Source of the DNA: Felis catus
Lineage: Eukaryota
Direction: 5' to 3'
NCBI RefSeq assembly: GCF_018350175.1
Contig: NC_058373.1
Location: forward strand, 105,960,001 to 106,024,000
Length of the DNA: 64,000 nt
Made by a program: the position numbers and the translations under genes. How positions within the stretch are numbered: position 1 is the first letter of the stretch; each line of letters starts with the position of its first letter. Shown piece after piece: positions 25,010 through 38,510 of the stretch. The notes below the pieces were generated by a model that saw nothing but the letters and a program-made list of their open reading frames with translations, had not been told where the DNA came from and did not search any database.

Positions 25010-25237
25010 TTTCTTTCTTCCTTTCTTTAAAATGCTTATATATTTACTTATTTTGAGAGAGAGTGAGAGTGTGTCCGTGCGTGCAGGGGATGGGCAGAGA
25101 GACAGAGAGATCTCAAGCAGGCTCTGCATTGTCAGCACAGAGCCCTCTGCGGGGCTTGAACTCATGAACCATGAGATCATGGCCTGAACTGAAATCAAGA
25201 GTAAGATGCTTACCTGGCTGAGTCACCCAGAAGCCCC
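25010..25237 (-). mobile_element. CAN-SINE (SINEC)
   Basis: Antisense SINEC; TSD atgaatgaat within the L2 tail. Confidence 0.92.
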
Positions 25238-25315
25238 ATGAATGAATTTATTTTTTATATAAGTGTTTTGGAAAACATCCCCAAACTTCTTTTGTTTGGT
25301 GTACTTAATATAGAC

Positions 25316-25737
25316 CAGGGGTCAGCAGACTTTTTCTACAAGGTACTACATAGTAAATGTTTTAGGTTTGAGGGACCCAAATATCTGTGACAACTACTCA
25401 GAAAGCAGCTACAGACAGTCTATAAACCTAGGTGTGGCTGTGATCCAATGAAACTTTATTTACAAAAACTATTGGTGAGTGGTGCTTGGGTGGCTCAGTC
25501 AGACATCCGACTATTGGTTGCAGCTCAGGTTGTCATCTTGTGGTTCATGAGTTCAAGCCCTGCGTCTGGCTCTGTGCTGACAGTGTGGAGCTTGCTTGGG
25601 ATTCTCTTTCTCTGCTCCTCCCCCATTCTCTCTCTCTCTCTCTCTCTCAAAATAAATAAACTTTAAAAAGAACAACAACCATCGGTGAGGAGTGGGGTGC
25701 TGTATTTGGCCTATAGGCTGTAGTTTGCCCATGTTTT
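25316..25737. mobile_element. MER58A-like hAT MITE, interrupted by a SINE
   Basis: caggggtcagcagactttttct...ggtgtggctgtgatccaatgaaactttatttacaaaaac...ggctgtagtttgcc. Confidence 0.8.
25478..25672 (+). mobile_element. CAN-SINE nested in MER58
   Basis: Head, CT tract, tail. Degenerate TSD actattggtgag / accatcggtgag. Confidence 0.9.
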
Positions 25738-26823
25738 GTGTAGAGTCCATCAGTTGTAACCTACATATTTTGGAATATATATGAAAAAGTGGGATTTGAA
25801 GAGTAGCTGCCTTAATTGGAGGTTCAGCTCATTTGGTTTACAACTAGGAGAATATGATGAACATGTGTTCTTGTTTCTCTAGGAGAGAACATATAGTGAA
25901 ACTTATTTGTAGCATGATAGGAACATTCCAAAAGAGACCTCTCACAGGGGATGGAATACATATTCAACACTGTCGTAACAGAAAAAATGAGTACTGATCA
26001 ACATGTCGGTGAAAATACCAGGAGAAATATTTATTTAGGAGAACTGAAAGTTGAAAAAGTTTATTTTGACCACCCCAGGCCAACGCAGGCTAATACAGAT
26101 AGGGTTTAGTTTAGTCTAATGCAGCATCCTATTTAGGAAATAGAATGATCTGAAATTATGAAGTACTTTATGTACTTTTCTTCTGAAGGAAGAATACACT
26201 CCAGGATACCTATAGGCCACTGGGCATACTTTTGAAAACTGGAATTTATAAAATGTTTTGTAACAGGATTGACATAGGCCCCATTGTCTAGTGAGACACT
26301 ACCACATGTCTGAACTTTCCTAATAGTCAAGAAAACTGTTAATCCTGGACCTTCTCCCTTCTTTCCACCCTGCTCCCCAGAGCAGGAACCAGCTGGTCAG
26401 TGGGAAGTCTCTGTAGCTCTTTCTGTTAGTTGAAGGATTACAGATTCTTAGAGAATAGCGGCATTGTTTGCTTCTGGAATTGGGTTTCTACTTTTGTGAC
26501 GGAAAGAGTTAAAGAAAACGCAATCAAAGTTGACTCGTTCTACTGAGTAGGAGAACTAGATTGTAAAAATCTTGTCAAAAGCTCAGTGTTTAAAATAGCA
26601 TCATTAACAAACCAAAAACAGTTGTATAGGTTTTTGTTTATTTACCTACCAATTGTTTTAAATTGTGGCAACCCCCCCCCCCCCCCACATTTGTGTGGTA
26701 TTTTGAAATTAATTTGCTAGGTCAGACTTCCCAGTTATTAAGAATCTATTTAGAATCACTCCTTGAGTCTTACTTAACTGCTTTGTCTTTAAATTAGTGT
26801 GTGAGCTTGAGGAAGGCAGTCAG

Positions 26824-26887
<64 letters not shown>

Positions 26888-27061
26888 AGTTTATTTATTT
26901 TGCGAGAGCGCCAGTAGGGTGGGGGCAGAGAGAGGGGCAATTCCAAGCAGACTCTATGCAGTTGGCACAGAGCAGGGCTTGGACTCCTAAAACTGTGAGA
27001 TCATGACCTGAGCTGAAATCAAGAGTCAGACGCTTAACTGACTGAAGCGCCCAGGAGCCCC
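26824..27061 (-). mobile_element. CAN-SINE with expanded (TTTA)n tail
   Basis: (TATT)n followed by an antisense SINEC body. Confidence 0.92.
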
Positions 27062-28019
27062 TTGAAGAAGTCATTTAATCTCTCATAGTCTTGGTATCTG
27101 GAAAATGGTCTCTCAGGTCTCTTTTCTAATTTTTAATGATTTTTAGTTGAGCACGTGTGCTAGTTCCAGTTTTGCTGGAAATGGGAAAATTAGTGAAACC
27201 CAAATATCCTTCTGATGGTATTAGCATGCTTTTAGGGTGATGCATTCATAACTTGTTTCTCCTTCAAAACTAAATGGACTGGTTAGAATGATTTGTGAGA
27301 ATGTAATTGACAGTCTTGAAGAGTAAGATATTCTTTACGTGGCAATCTTCCCATTATTGGGTATGAAGGCAATTTAGAGAGAAATATTGGAGGCACAAAT
27401 GATTCACGTTTTTAACATAATGGCTCAGATCCTAGAAAGATGAGTGTCGTGGATGTCTTTCATCAAGTTTGTTTGTTTGTTTGTTTGTTTATCTTTATGA
27501 CCTTGTGAATGAGAGAAAGTTCACGGGAGTTCAGCAGCATCATTGTCCTCAGCTCAGTGGTTGTCATAGGCCAATATGGAATCTGGAGCTTCTCAGGATG
27601 TCTCTACAGGGAGCAGGCAGCTGGCTTTTGTAGTCTTTGCCTTATGCTCCACTAAGATATAACGGTTCTCTAAAGCCCTATTCATATTTAATCTTTTCAA
27701 AAAATTTCTGAGGTCATCCTAATTAGAAGTGCCCTTTATGTCCTCTGAACACTTATATTACTTAATACCTCTTTTGTGGCATTTATATCTATTACTCTGT
27801 ATTTTGCTGTGTTCATGAGTTTCTTCTCTGTTAGATTGTTAGCTCCTTAATGACTGGAACCAAGTGTGATGTTTCTGGTTTCCCACTCTGGAGATATCAT
27901 CTTGGATATAGGTCTCTTTCCTCTGTGTTCTTAGAGCATATCTACAAGTCAGCCTCTCCCTCTTATCTATTTGATTTCTGACAGGGACAGAGTATGGCGT
28001 GTTCAATTTTGTATTCCTT

Positions 28020-28207
28020 TTTTTTTTATGCTTGTTTATTTTGGGGGGGGGGAGGGACAGAGAGAGAGGGAGATAGAGAATCCTAAGCATACCCTGAGCT
28101 GTCAGTGCAGAGCCCAATTTGGGGCTTGAACTCACAAATCGTGAGATTGTAACCTGACCTGAAACCAAGAGTCAGACACTTAACCGACTGAGCCACCCAG
28201 GTGCCCC
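28020..28207 (-). mobile_element. CAN-SINE (SINEC)
   Basis: TSD aattttgtattcctt (28005-28019 / 28209-28223). Confidence 0.95.
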
Positions 28208-28529
28208 CAATTTTGTATTCCTTAATCCTTTGTATATAATCCCTAACAAATAGCTGGTTAATTAATGTAGAGATGAGACGAGTGAGTAAAGCTGTAGCTG
28301 ACCCAATAAAACACTGGAGTATCTTCATTTGTATGATTTTTGCCACTATAAACACCTCCTAGAAGTATAATGGACTGCCCTCTAAAACATCACATATGTT
28401 GATGACAGAGAATAATAACTATTTGAAACATAACTTAAATGCTGTTTCTTCCATCAGAGCCTTTCAAAAAAAGAGCCTGAGACTATTCTTTGTTGGATAA
28501 TTCTAGGATGGTCAGGCTGGCAATTCAGA

Positions 28530-28745
28530 ATATTCGAAGAAGGGTGGCCTGAATTCAAGTCCCTGCTCTGCTACTTAGGAGTGGTTTGGCCTTGTGGAGG
28601 TCATTTTAGTGCTCAAAGATAGTTTCTCATCTGTAAAGTGGAAGTGAAAACAGTATCTGATTGCCTGTGACTCTCTTCCTCTCAGGGTTGTTGGGAAAAT
28701 CAAATGACACAGTGTATACACAAGTACTTAGAAAACTAAATTACG
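28530..28745 (+). mobile_element. MIR
   Basis: ggcctgaattcaagtccctgctctgctactt...agtttctcatctgtaaagtgg...cagggttgttggga. Confidence 0.7.
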
Positions 28746-29854
28746 TTATGAAGGGAATATACTATTACATGTTATGAAATAGGGTGACACCCTATGGTTT
28801 TAACATTTACCTTTTTCTTGTGGTTATGTAAAATAAATAACCCAACCTATAATAAGGTTAGTTGGCCATTACCCAAATAGGGGCCTCAACTCCACCTGTT
28901 AAACCCAAGTCCCACAAAAAAGGATAGTAATGACTAGTTAGTTAAGCATAGTTTCCTTATTGCCATGCTAGTTCTTTTCCTAAATGGAAAAAGAGATGTA
29001 GCTAATGAATTTTATGCCTACAGCAGAACACTGAATTCTGTTGACCACACCTTTGCCTGTTCCAGTTTCTCCACCCCCTTCTTTCTCACCTCCTTCAATT
29101 GGTTTGACACCTTCACCTGTGATATGTTCTTTTGCAGGCCTACTGGTGGAATTTTCAGACCCTTGATACTTTTCTTAAATTTGCCTAGTTGTGTGCTACC
29201 CCCCTTGTTAAATTCCTTTCTTGCTACAGTCTGTCTCTCGCAAACTCTACTGCTGGGGGCAAAGTTAGAGATGAATGACTAAAATTTTGGATTGTGGCCT
29301 GTCTTTGAGAAAGGGGGGTGGTGGTGGTTATTTCTGAATGCTTCCTGCTTAGCTGTGACGATGACTTCTATGTTCTAACTATGTCTTTTTCAACACCATA
29401 CACCCCAAAACTTGTGTTACTTCCAAGCTTCAAAGAATAAGTCCCTCCAGGCTTGTTTAAGATTCCTGGAAAGTCAGCCTGGCAAAATTTGTTTCCAAAA
29501 ATAGGATTCATTTGAGAAAAGAGGTGTTACATTATTCATATTGACTTGTGAGCAGCAAAGTCTTTAGAGCCTTCCCTAAAATGAGACACTTGTGTTTGGA
29601 TTTATGGCTTGATTGTCAGCTTGATTATTAGGTTCAGTCTTAGAAAATAATGAAGTATCTTGAAAGACACAGGTTTGTGGTTCGAGGAGGTGGAGTTGGT
29701 AAGAAGAGAATGGGCTTTGGAATGAGACAGGCAGGGTTTAAATCCCTGAGGACACTTCCTAGTTCTCTGGATATCCTTGGTAGCTTTCTTTATTATAAAA
29801 TTGTGACATTTGCTTCCCAGAATGATGATAAAAATTAGCTAAAATGATACATAA

Positions 29855-30049
29855 TTTTATTTATTTTTGAAAGAGACAGAACATGAGTGGGGGAGGGGCA
29901 GAGAGAGAGAGGGAGACACAGAATCTGAAGCAGGTTCCAGGCTCTGAGCGGTCAGCACAGAGCCCGACGAGGGGCTCAAACACATGAACCGTGAAATTGT
30001 GACATGAGCCAAAGTTGGATGCTTAACCAACTGAACCACCCAGGTGCCC
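29855..30049 (-). mobile_element. CAN-SINE inserted in a MIR (~29700-30120)
   Basis: TSD gctaaaatgatacata / gctaaaacgatgcata; MIR-like flanks. Confidence 0.92.
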
Positions 30050-30129
30050 TGCTAAAACGATGCATATTGATGTTCCATGTGGTCTCTGACACTTGGGAGG
30101 CAGTCAATAAGTGATAGTTTTCACCCCAG

Positions 30130-30670
30130 TTAGTCAAGTAGAGCATGAATCAGGTTTTTGTTTTTGTTTTTGTTTTTGTTTTGCATCAAGGGACAGAACC
30201 CACTTAAATTGGCTGGTGGGGGCAGTAGTTCATTGAAACATGCAGTGGGGAGTTCTGGGGATATTTGACTTGAGGCTTAGCTGGATCCAGTAGTTAAGTG
30301 ATGTCATTTAAAACCTCCTCATCTCCCCATCCCCCTTGTCCCATCTCTCAGTTCTGCTTTTGTCTTTGCTGGCTTCATTCTTGGGTTGTTTCCAACACAT
30401 GGTGGAAAAGTCAATTATTGTAAATTGCAGGTGTTTATGGTCCTATCTCATGATTCTAGGATGTGTCTACAGCATTGACACACATAAAGATGTCCGGTTT
30501 TCTTTGTGTTGGGTGCCCATCTCAAGATCAGTTACTTTGTCCAGGGGGTAGAGTGCCTTGATTGGCCAAGCCAATGCCATGTGCCCACCTCTGTTGATGA
30601 AGATGTATGATCACTTGGTTGATTACCCTTTTAGAATCACAGGGGGAAGGAGATGAGGTAGTTCCCATAG
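30130..30670. mobile_element. MaLR (MLT1-like) LTR relic
   Basis: ttgcatcaagggacagaacccact..., gctggatccag...gatgtcat, tgattggccaagcc...catgtgcccacc. Confidence 0.6.
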
Positions 30671-32569
30671 GTGTTCAAGTAGACATATAGGTTAGAAACG
30701 TGTCCATCTGAGGTAGCAATGGCAGGTCCCAAGACAGATACAGCATGCTCTCAAATTTTACTGTGTGTGTGTGTGTGTGTATGTGCACATGATGCGAGTG
30801 TGCTTTAAGGACTCCTTTGATGCGTTTTAGTTGTGTGTTTAAAGTTTTGGGGCTAAGGCCGATGGTAAACTGCAGGGGGTCTGGGAACTGCCCGAAATGA
30901 TACATAGCATATTATATATATGTACAGAAAAATATTTTTTCCCTGGAGTTAATGTTATGCAACATGTTCTCTCCAATGAAGTTAATAGAAGCTCTTTATA
31001 AAATTCTGCAAAATCTTTGGCTCATCCTCTGCAACATGTTAGGAAAACTTTAGGAAAGTTCCTTTCACAACTGTTTTTGGAAGATCAGACAGAGATTCAT
31101 TCTCTTAGGGTTCCACCACTTACTATTTCTTCCAGTGGAAACTTTACCTTGAATAATGCTTATCAAAAAGGAAAATATTGGTTTTTGAGACTTGGCTAAA
31201 ATTAGCTATATTTTGTAAGATCTGAACCAGTTAATTTTATGGGAGCTTTTGTGTTTGTAATTGATAGCTTACCAATTGTGGTACATGCTGGCATAAACAA
31301 CCAGTAGAAGAAACTAGCTGTTGACATATTTCTTCTTTTTTCTCTGGCGTAAGGAACTTCCACAGTGTACTGCCATTTTTCTTCTCAATTCTAGAATTGT
31401 AGACAGGAGAGAGAATTCCGCTTGTTTGGAGCCAATTCAAACTCTGGAACCAAAAGGAAGAGCTTCCCTGCTTCCTCTAATTATATTAGCTTCTCAAAAT
31501 CAAAATGGTGGTTTACCCAGCAGTAGGTGGGAGTGACAGGCTATTGTACTCCTTTGCATTTTTAGGGAGATGAATCAGGTGGCCTTGGTTCTAGGTTTGG
31601 GACTTATGTGCAGGCGTTTATATTAATCCTAGATTTCGAGTTTATTTCTTATAGCTTTCTTAAATCACAAACTTCCCTTCCTCAAAATTAATTGTTTCCT
31701 ATATGGGGATTTGATGCTATGAGAATTAAATTGCTCAAATAAAGGCAGGAGCAACATGCTTCTAAAATGGATCCTCTGGTTCATATCATCAGATGTTGGG
31801 ACTGGAAGGGATCCTTGAAGATTCTCATCTACCTCTGTGAGGATAAACTGAGTCTCCGACAAGCGCAACAATGTAACCAGGGTCCCAGGGCTACTTGTGG
31901 AGAAGAGCTGGAAGTGAGGTCTAGGGATCCCTTCACACTAGTATTTTTCCCCCAGCTATCCCACATTTTTCTCTGGCACAGTTTTAAAAAACTATCCCCA
32001 AAGCATTGTTTTCATTATCACATAGCTCAAATATGGAATCTGAGGGCAAGAACCAAATTGGTCTTTTTAATGATCATATGCCCAGTAGTAGCATTAATTA
32101 GCAACAGCAGCAGTAGTAGAAATAGTCATAATAATCTCATCTGTAAGAACTTACTCTGGCCAGACATTATTCTTTATACTTTACATATATTTACCTACTG
32201 AATGGGGCCAACAACCCCTTGAAGTGGGTACTATTATTATTTTCATTTTACAGATGAATAAACTGAGGTCCAGACATATAAAACCTAGAAATGTGCATAG
32301 AAGGCACTTGGTAAATCTTTGCTCAGTACTCAGAATTTCCAAAGCACATTCATGGTCATTATATAGTGTGATGACATTTCAAGGGAGGGCATTTTTCTGA
32401 GGAAATAATGGCCCAGAGGGCTCTAAGAGACTGAGGTTAGGGGGACAGTTAGTAGTAGAGCTAGGACTCACTTTGATCCTGACCTTCTGACCCCGTTAGT
32501 GTCATCTGTGGATTTCTGCAAAAGCGCATCCTAAAGGTCAGTGGCTGGGAAACTCTGAGGCACTGTCTG

Positions 32570-33230
32570 GTTTTATATTTACCCAGAGGTTGGCCATTTC
32601 CAGCATTCTTCTTTGCTTTGTGTAGATCCAAATTTCTATCTGGTATCAATTTCTTTCTGCCTGAAGGACTCCCTTTAAAGAGTGTTGGCCTTTGTTCTGG
32701 CACATGGTTAAATTACTCGGGATCAGCGAGACCCTTTTGAGGCTGCTTTTAAGCCCTTTCCAGAGCAGGCTGTGTCTAGGACCCTTTTGGAGGCTCTTCC
32801 TGATATTTTATGTAAACCAGCTCTTTCTACTCAGGCTGGTGGGAATGCCGCTTATTCCCAGCCCCATGTGAACCCTAGGTCCTCGTGCAGAGTAGTACTC
32901 AGCCGAGGATTGGAGGGGATCCCCTTTGCAGATTTCCAGAGTTGCTCACTGCCTCATTCTCCCTGAACTTTTATCTCTGGCTCCTCAGCTTAGCACGACC
33001 CCTGAGCTTGGCTTGGGTTTCCCCTTCCTGCACTACTGCCTAGAGTAAGTTGGGGTGATAGTAGGGCTTATCTCACTTGGAGTTTCCTTGTCTCAAAGAT
33101 CATGGTCCTGCATTGTCTTTGTCCAGTAACTAGTACAGTTGTTTCATGTGTTTTGTCCACTTTTCTAGTTGTTTGTAGTGGGAGGGCAGTTCCTGTAGCA
33201 GTTAATCCTTCGAGGACGGAAGTGGATGCC
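32570..33230 (-). mobile_element. Old L1 (L1M-type) 5'-region fragment
   Basis: ttctttctgcctgaaggactcccttt; acagttgtttcatgtgttttgtcc...ttctagttgttt...gggagggc...ggaagtgg. Confidence 0.6.
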
Positions 33231-33499
33231 AGTGTCTTGTTTGAGGTCCCAAACCTTAGCAAGGTATTCTGTGCCCCCTATTTGTTAAGAACAGATATCA
33301 CCCTCTGCTTCCTTTTACTTCCTCTCCCGAGCTATATTCAAGGGAACATGGAAGTTACTGGGAGACTGCGTTATTTGAAGCAAGTAGAATCTGCTCTTGC
33401 CTGTTGAAGATGAGGTGAAGAATTGACCACTCCTTCTACTTACTTCCTGTCTGTCTGCTCACAGAGCCAGAGTCTAGAACCTTGAGTTGGCTTAAGGAG

Positions 33500-33640
33500 C
33501 CAAGGGCTCATGTACCTGTGAACTAGCTGTGCAAGGGCAAGGTCTACATCTGTTTCGGTCATCTTTGTATCCCAAAACCAAACAGAGTGGGCACACACTG
33601 GGTCCCTGAATGAATGAATGAATGAATGAATGAATAAACA
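33500..33640. mobile_element. L2 3' end with (TGAA)n
   Basis: ctttgtatcccaaaacc...gggcacac...(tgaa)n. Confidence 0.55.
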
Positions 33641-33761
33641 TGTATAAATGATCACACAGAATTGTGAACTTGAGATTTGTGTGTAGATATGTGGGGTGAG
33701 GGGTGATTCCTGACTGTCTGTGAATTGTCCCTATGAGGAAAAACCAGTTTGACACCTGTAT

Positions 33762-33773
33762 GCGTGTGCGTGC

Positions 33774-33807
<34 letters not shown>
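33762..33807. repeat. (TGCG)n-(TG)n microsatellite
   Basis: Directly visible. Confidence 0.95.
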
Positions 33808-33808
<1 letters not shown>

Positions 33809-35152
33809 TGAGGTTGATTACCTGTGGGCATCTCTGTCCCGGTTGCCTTTCCAGTCTGAGCAAGTACAGTTGTTAACCAGCGTGTTTTCCCACAAAGAGG
33901 CTGGCTTTTACCTTTTACGTGCTACTATCCAATGAGGTGGGTGGTGTTTATAAGAGGAGTAACCACGAAGGGGCCAGTTGCCAGGTTAGCTAGAACATCT
34001 GTCATAGCTCTGTTTTCTGCTGATGAATAGAAGGGAGACATACCGAAAACAGATTGTCCTGGTTGATTATTTTCATGGAATGGAAAGTGGTGCTTGTAAG
34101 GTAAATGATGATTTTAGGTGGCGGGGGAAGAAATGTGGGACAGAAGGGAAAGGTGGTGGGTGGTATATATTTAGAAATCATGAATAAATAATAATTAAGC
34201 AGCTTTTTAATCATGTCTTCATGTAGATTGCATGTTCCCTTGAAATGCATAGCCTATCGTTTTTGTCTTTATTTTGAGGTCTCTTTTAGTGTTAGTACCA
34301 TCTCTTATTTTGACGTTAAGTTTCTTGTCCTTCTTTAAAAAATAGTTACCAGTGTTTGCCTTCCTCTTTTGTGATCAGCTGTTAGGCTTCCATCTGTGCC
34401 CTTTTGTAATTCAGACTTCCCATTATGGTATTTGCTTGCTTATTTAAGATTGGGTCAGGAGCCATGAATGTAAGAGGATACACTGTGCTGCTACTTCAGT
34501 AGCTTTAGAACTGGGCTTTAGAAAGCAGGACTTTAAAATTACTAAGCAAATTCATTCCTTCTGGGTCAAGCTTCCTAATAAACACCTAACAAAAAATTCC
34601 GTATGTGGTGTTCCTGGGGCTGCCACCTGGAGAGTGGATTTTCTGAAGATAAAGGTAGCAATAGTTACTTCTATAGCAAAGAGCACGGTGGATTTCAGCG
34701 GGTGGATTTCAGCGGATTCTGAATTGTGCTATTTTGGTGGAAGCAGTTATGCATTCTGTTGCTATGGTGATGAGATGGCACTGTATTGATATATACAGTA
34801 TTGTCTTCAGTAAATGGTTTGGTAGCTGCCTCTCCTTTTCTTCCCCCCTATTCTAAATTCATTATAAGTTTAAAGGAAACAAAGTCACTGTTCGTATTGG
34901 TGTTTTACAGTTGAACAGGTCGTTTTCATTTTGAGAACTAACAATCACAGAGGTGGGTGTGGTAAAGTGGAAAAGTGCAGAAATTAAAGCAACGAAGGTC
35001 AGAGCATAGAGATTTGTTGACAGTGGACTGTGTTCTCAGGAGGAGACACTTAAGGATTCACAGCTTATCTCTTTTCTTCATTGAGGTAACAAATGGATGT
35101 AAAGCACAATAAAAGTGGCTGGCATGTTGAAGAGGGTTGATAAATGAAAGTC

Positions 35153-35187
35153 ATTTTATTTATTCATTCATTCATTCATTCATTCAT

Positions 35188-35226
<39 letters not shown>

Positions 35227-35320
35227 TTTTAAGTAAACTCTATCCCTAACATGAGGCTTGAACTCATGACACCGAGATCAAAAGTCTCATGCTCTACTGA
35301 CTGAGCCAGCCAGGAGCCCC
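35153..35320 (-). mobile_element. Short CAN-SINE with (TTCA)n(TTTA)n tail
   Basis: aagtaaactctatccctaacatgaggcttgaactc...gagccagccaggagcccc. Confidence 0.9.
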
Positions 35321-37186
35321 AAAAAGCCACTTAATTTTTATAAGATGTAATTACTTTCTAAACATTTGGAAACAGCTTGATAATCAAGGGGAAAAAAAAG
35401 TAGTCTAAGCCTATGTTTAAAAAAAAAAAATGAGAAGGAACCGAGATGCAAACAAGTTTCCTTCCTTTTCCAATGTCCATTTTATTCTCTAGAATAGGAG
35501 CTACTTGATGGGTTTTTGTAGCTATCATTTTATCACAGGCTAGATACTTTGTTTCCATGCTTAAGTATATTCCTTTTACATTTATGATATATCATGTTTA
35601 TACTGTAACTTGGAAACTTAATATACTTTAGACCTCTTAACAATAGAAAAGGTGTCCCTTTCTTTTTAATGGCTGTGTGGTATTTCACCATACAGAGGTA
35701 CCCTAAATCATTTAACCAGTCTTATATTGATAGCTTCCCATATTTAGCCACTTGATGACTTTTGACTGTTTAACAATATTTGCAGAATATGAAATCCAAA
35801 TATTAACCTCAGTCCAGCTACTGTAGGCTTCGTAAATGAGTCAAAGTAGTAATTTACAACAGAGCTTTTCTTGTTACCGCATTTAGAATAAATTTTGCAA
35901 GAGAAGCAAATGTCTAGTCTTCTTGAGTTATGCAATTAAGCAATTACTGTTCTCACCTAATTATATAGAAAATTACAGAGTTGGGTGGAGTGGGCACTGG
36001 CTAGTATCAGCTTCCTTCACACTTCCCCCTTGATGACTGTGGAATGGCCCTGTTTTTTGGCCTGAGTTTAAGTCACGAGTGTGGTAATCCATGTATAGTA
36101 ATTAAAATTCAGTAAAGATCTTTCTTCACTATTTGTTTGGCTCATGCAGTTTCAGAATCATTTGTTAAGCTACGTGAATAACTTCCCAAGGATGTTTGTC
36201 ACATGGAGAGAAATCACCAATGAGAAAACACTTTTTTATTGTAGCTGCTGGTAGTTCCTATTTTGGTTGATTGTTAGCTTTATGAAAAGAGATGATATAC
36301 ATTCACCAGTTCACTTATTCAACGGACGTGTTCTCCTGTCCTTGGCAAAGCCTGCTAGCTCTCACAACTTATCCTATCTGTCTCCTCAGTTGCTTTTATT
36401 ATGCATAGGTTAGGCAGTTTTGAAGACCATATTAAAGAAAAAACACTTTTTCTGAGAGCACATGCCTCGACTTTGTGCTTCCTTAAGACTCTACCTTTGT
36501 ATGACTTCTTAACTTTCAGGAATGGCATCATTATCCGGTTCTTCCAAGGTCATCTGGGATTTCTGGAAGTGACTTGGAACTCACTTGCCAAAGAGCCTAT
36601 TAACTCAATAGGTATCAGATGGAGTTCCTTTAATCTTTGATATTTTCCCAAAGCTCGATAGGCATACCGCATTGACTGATGGTGGACCATTTGTTCAGAC
36701 TTGGTCATCATTGTCCTATGGGCGCTGTGTACTCATTTTTTATTAACTTGCGAAGAGCTCAAAAAAATACATTTTACTTCCTCTTTGACAATGTATGCTT
36801 TCCAGTGTATGCTTCCAGTGCATTGCTTCCAAAGTAATGGTAACTGTGTTTCACTGGGACCGATACTAGTATACTGGAAATCATTTTGCAAGTTCTGAGA
36901 ATCATAGATTTCCTTTCCAGCTGTTTGCAATGAATATTTAGTGATATTTGAAGGAATGGGTTTCAACTACATAAACTTTGGAAGATGTAGCCAGGAAATA
37001 ATTAGTCTTAATCTCATAGGAATATTGTCAGCATTCAGACCTCAAGTTCATAAAATTCCTTGATAAAATCTTGGTCCAGGAAAGACCATCTCTTGCCTCT
37101 TACGAGTTCATATGATCACCATGTTTTCATTTGCTTCTGTAAGCAGTGTGGTGACTTAATGATTGATAAAGAGGACCCCACCTTTA

Positions 37187-37895
37187 TTTTTATTTACTTA
37201 TTTATTTTTGAATATAATTTATTATTAAATTGGTTTCCATACAACACCCAGTGCTCATCCCAACAAGTGCCCTCCTCAATGCCCATCACCCACTTTCCCT
37301 TCTCCCCCACCCCCCATCAACTCTCAGTTTGTTCTCAGTATCCAAGAGTCTCTAATGGTTTGCCTCCCTCCCTCTCTGTAACTTTTTTTTCCCCTTCCCC
37401 TCCCCCATAGTCTTCTGTTAAGTTTTTCAAGATCTACATATGAGTGAAAACATATGGTGTCTGTCTTTCTCTGACTGACTTATTTCACTTAGCATAATAC
37501 CCTCCAGTTCCATCCACATTGCTGCAAATGGCCAGATTTCATTCTTTCTCATTGCCAGGTAGTATTCCATTGTATATATAAACCACATCTTCTTTATCCA
37601 TTCGTCAGTTGATGGACATTTAGGCTCTTTCCATAATTTGGCTGTTGTTGAAAGTGCTGCTATAAACATTGGGGTACGTGTGCCCCTGTGCATCAGCACT
37701 CCTGTATTCCTTGGGTAAATTCCTAGCAGTGCCATTGCTGGGTCATAGGGTAGATCTATTTTTAATTTTTTGAGGAACCTCCACACTGTTTTCCAGAGCG
37801 GCTGCACCAGTTTGCATTTCCACCAACAGTGCAAGAGGGTTCCCTTTCTTCACATCCTCGCCAACATATATAGTCTCCTGATTTGTTCATTTTAG
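37187..37895 (-). mobile_element. Felid/carnivore L1, 5'-truncated (ORF2 C-terminus + 3'UTR)
   Basis: ORF 37427-37834 encodes [17 protein letters not shown]...HMFSLI, typical of the L1 ORF2p C-terminus. Perfect 17-bp TSD agaggaccccaccttta (37170-37186 / 37896-37912). Confidence 0.97.
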
Positions 37896-38133
37896 AGAGG
37901 ACCCCACCTTTAAAGGTAGAAACTTAGGAGCATGTACTTGGGAGAAAATTGCTGGAATCCAGCTTTAAAGTTGTTGTAGTCAAACATTCAGTGCCCAAGT
38001 AAATGTGGATGATGCATACCTTTTTAAAATTACCTAAAATAGAGAAGAATTTTGAAAATTGTACTAAATTCATTTTTATAAAAATATAGTTTTTAAATAT
38101 GTTTGATTGCATCTTAAGACTGTACCACAAGCT

Positions 38134-38510
38134 GGGGCGCTTGGGTGGCTCAGTCGGTTAAGTGACCAACTTAGGCTCAGGTCGTGATCTTGCCGTTCAT
38201 GAGTTCGAGCCTTGCATTGGTCTCTATGCTGGCAGTACAGAGCCTGGAGTCTGCTTCAGATTCTGTGTCTCTCTCTGTCTCTGTCTCAAAAATAAGCAAA
38301 TGTTAGGGTGTCCGACTTTGACTCAGGTCATGATCTCATGGTTTGTGGGTTCGAGCCCTGTGTCAGGCTCTGTGCTGACAGCCTGGAGCCTGCTTTGGAT
38401 TCTGTGTCTCCCTCTCTCTCTGCCCCTCCCCCGGCTCACACTCTGTCTCTCAAAAATAAATAAACATTAAAAAATATATAAAAATTAAAAATCATTAAAA
38501 ATGTTTTAAA
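38134..38510 (+). mobile_element. Dimeric CAN-SINE (full monomer + 5'-truncated monomer)
   Basis: Two SINE bodies joined at ~38302. One outer TSD aagactgtaccaca / aagagtgtaccaca. Confidence 0.9.

Noticed and set aside
37427..37834. 135-aa ORF as a host gene
   Set aside because: It is the L1 ORF2p C-terminal remnant within a 5'-truncated, TSD-flanked L1.
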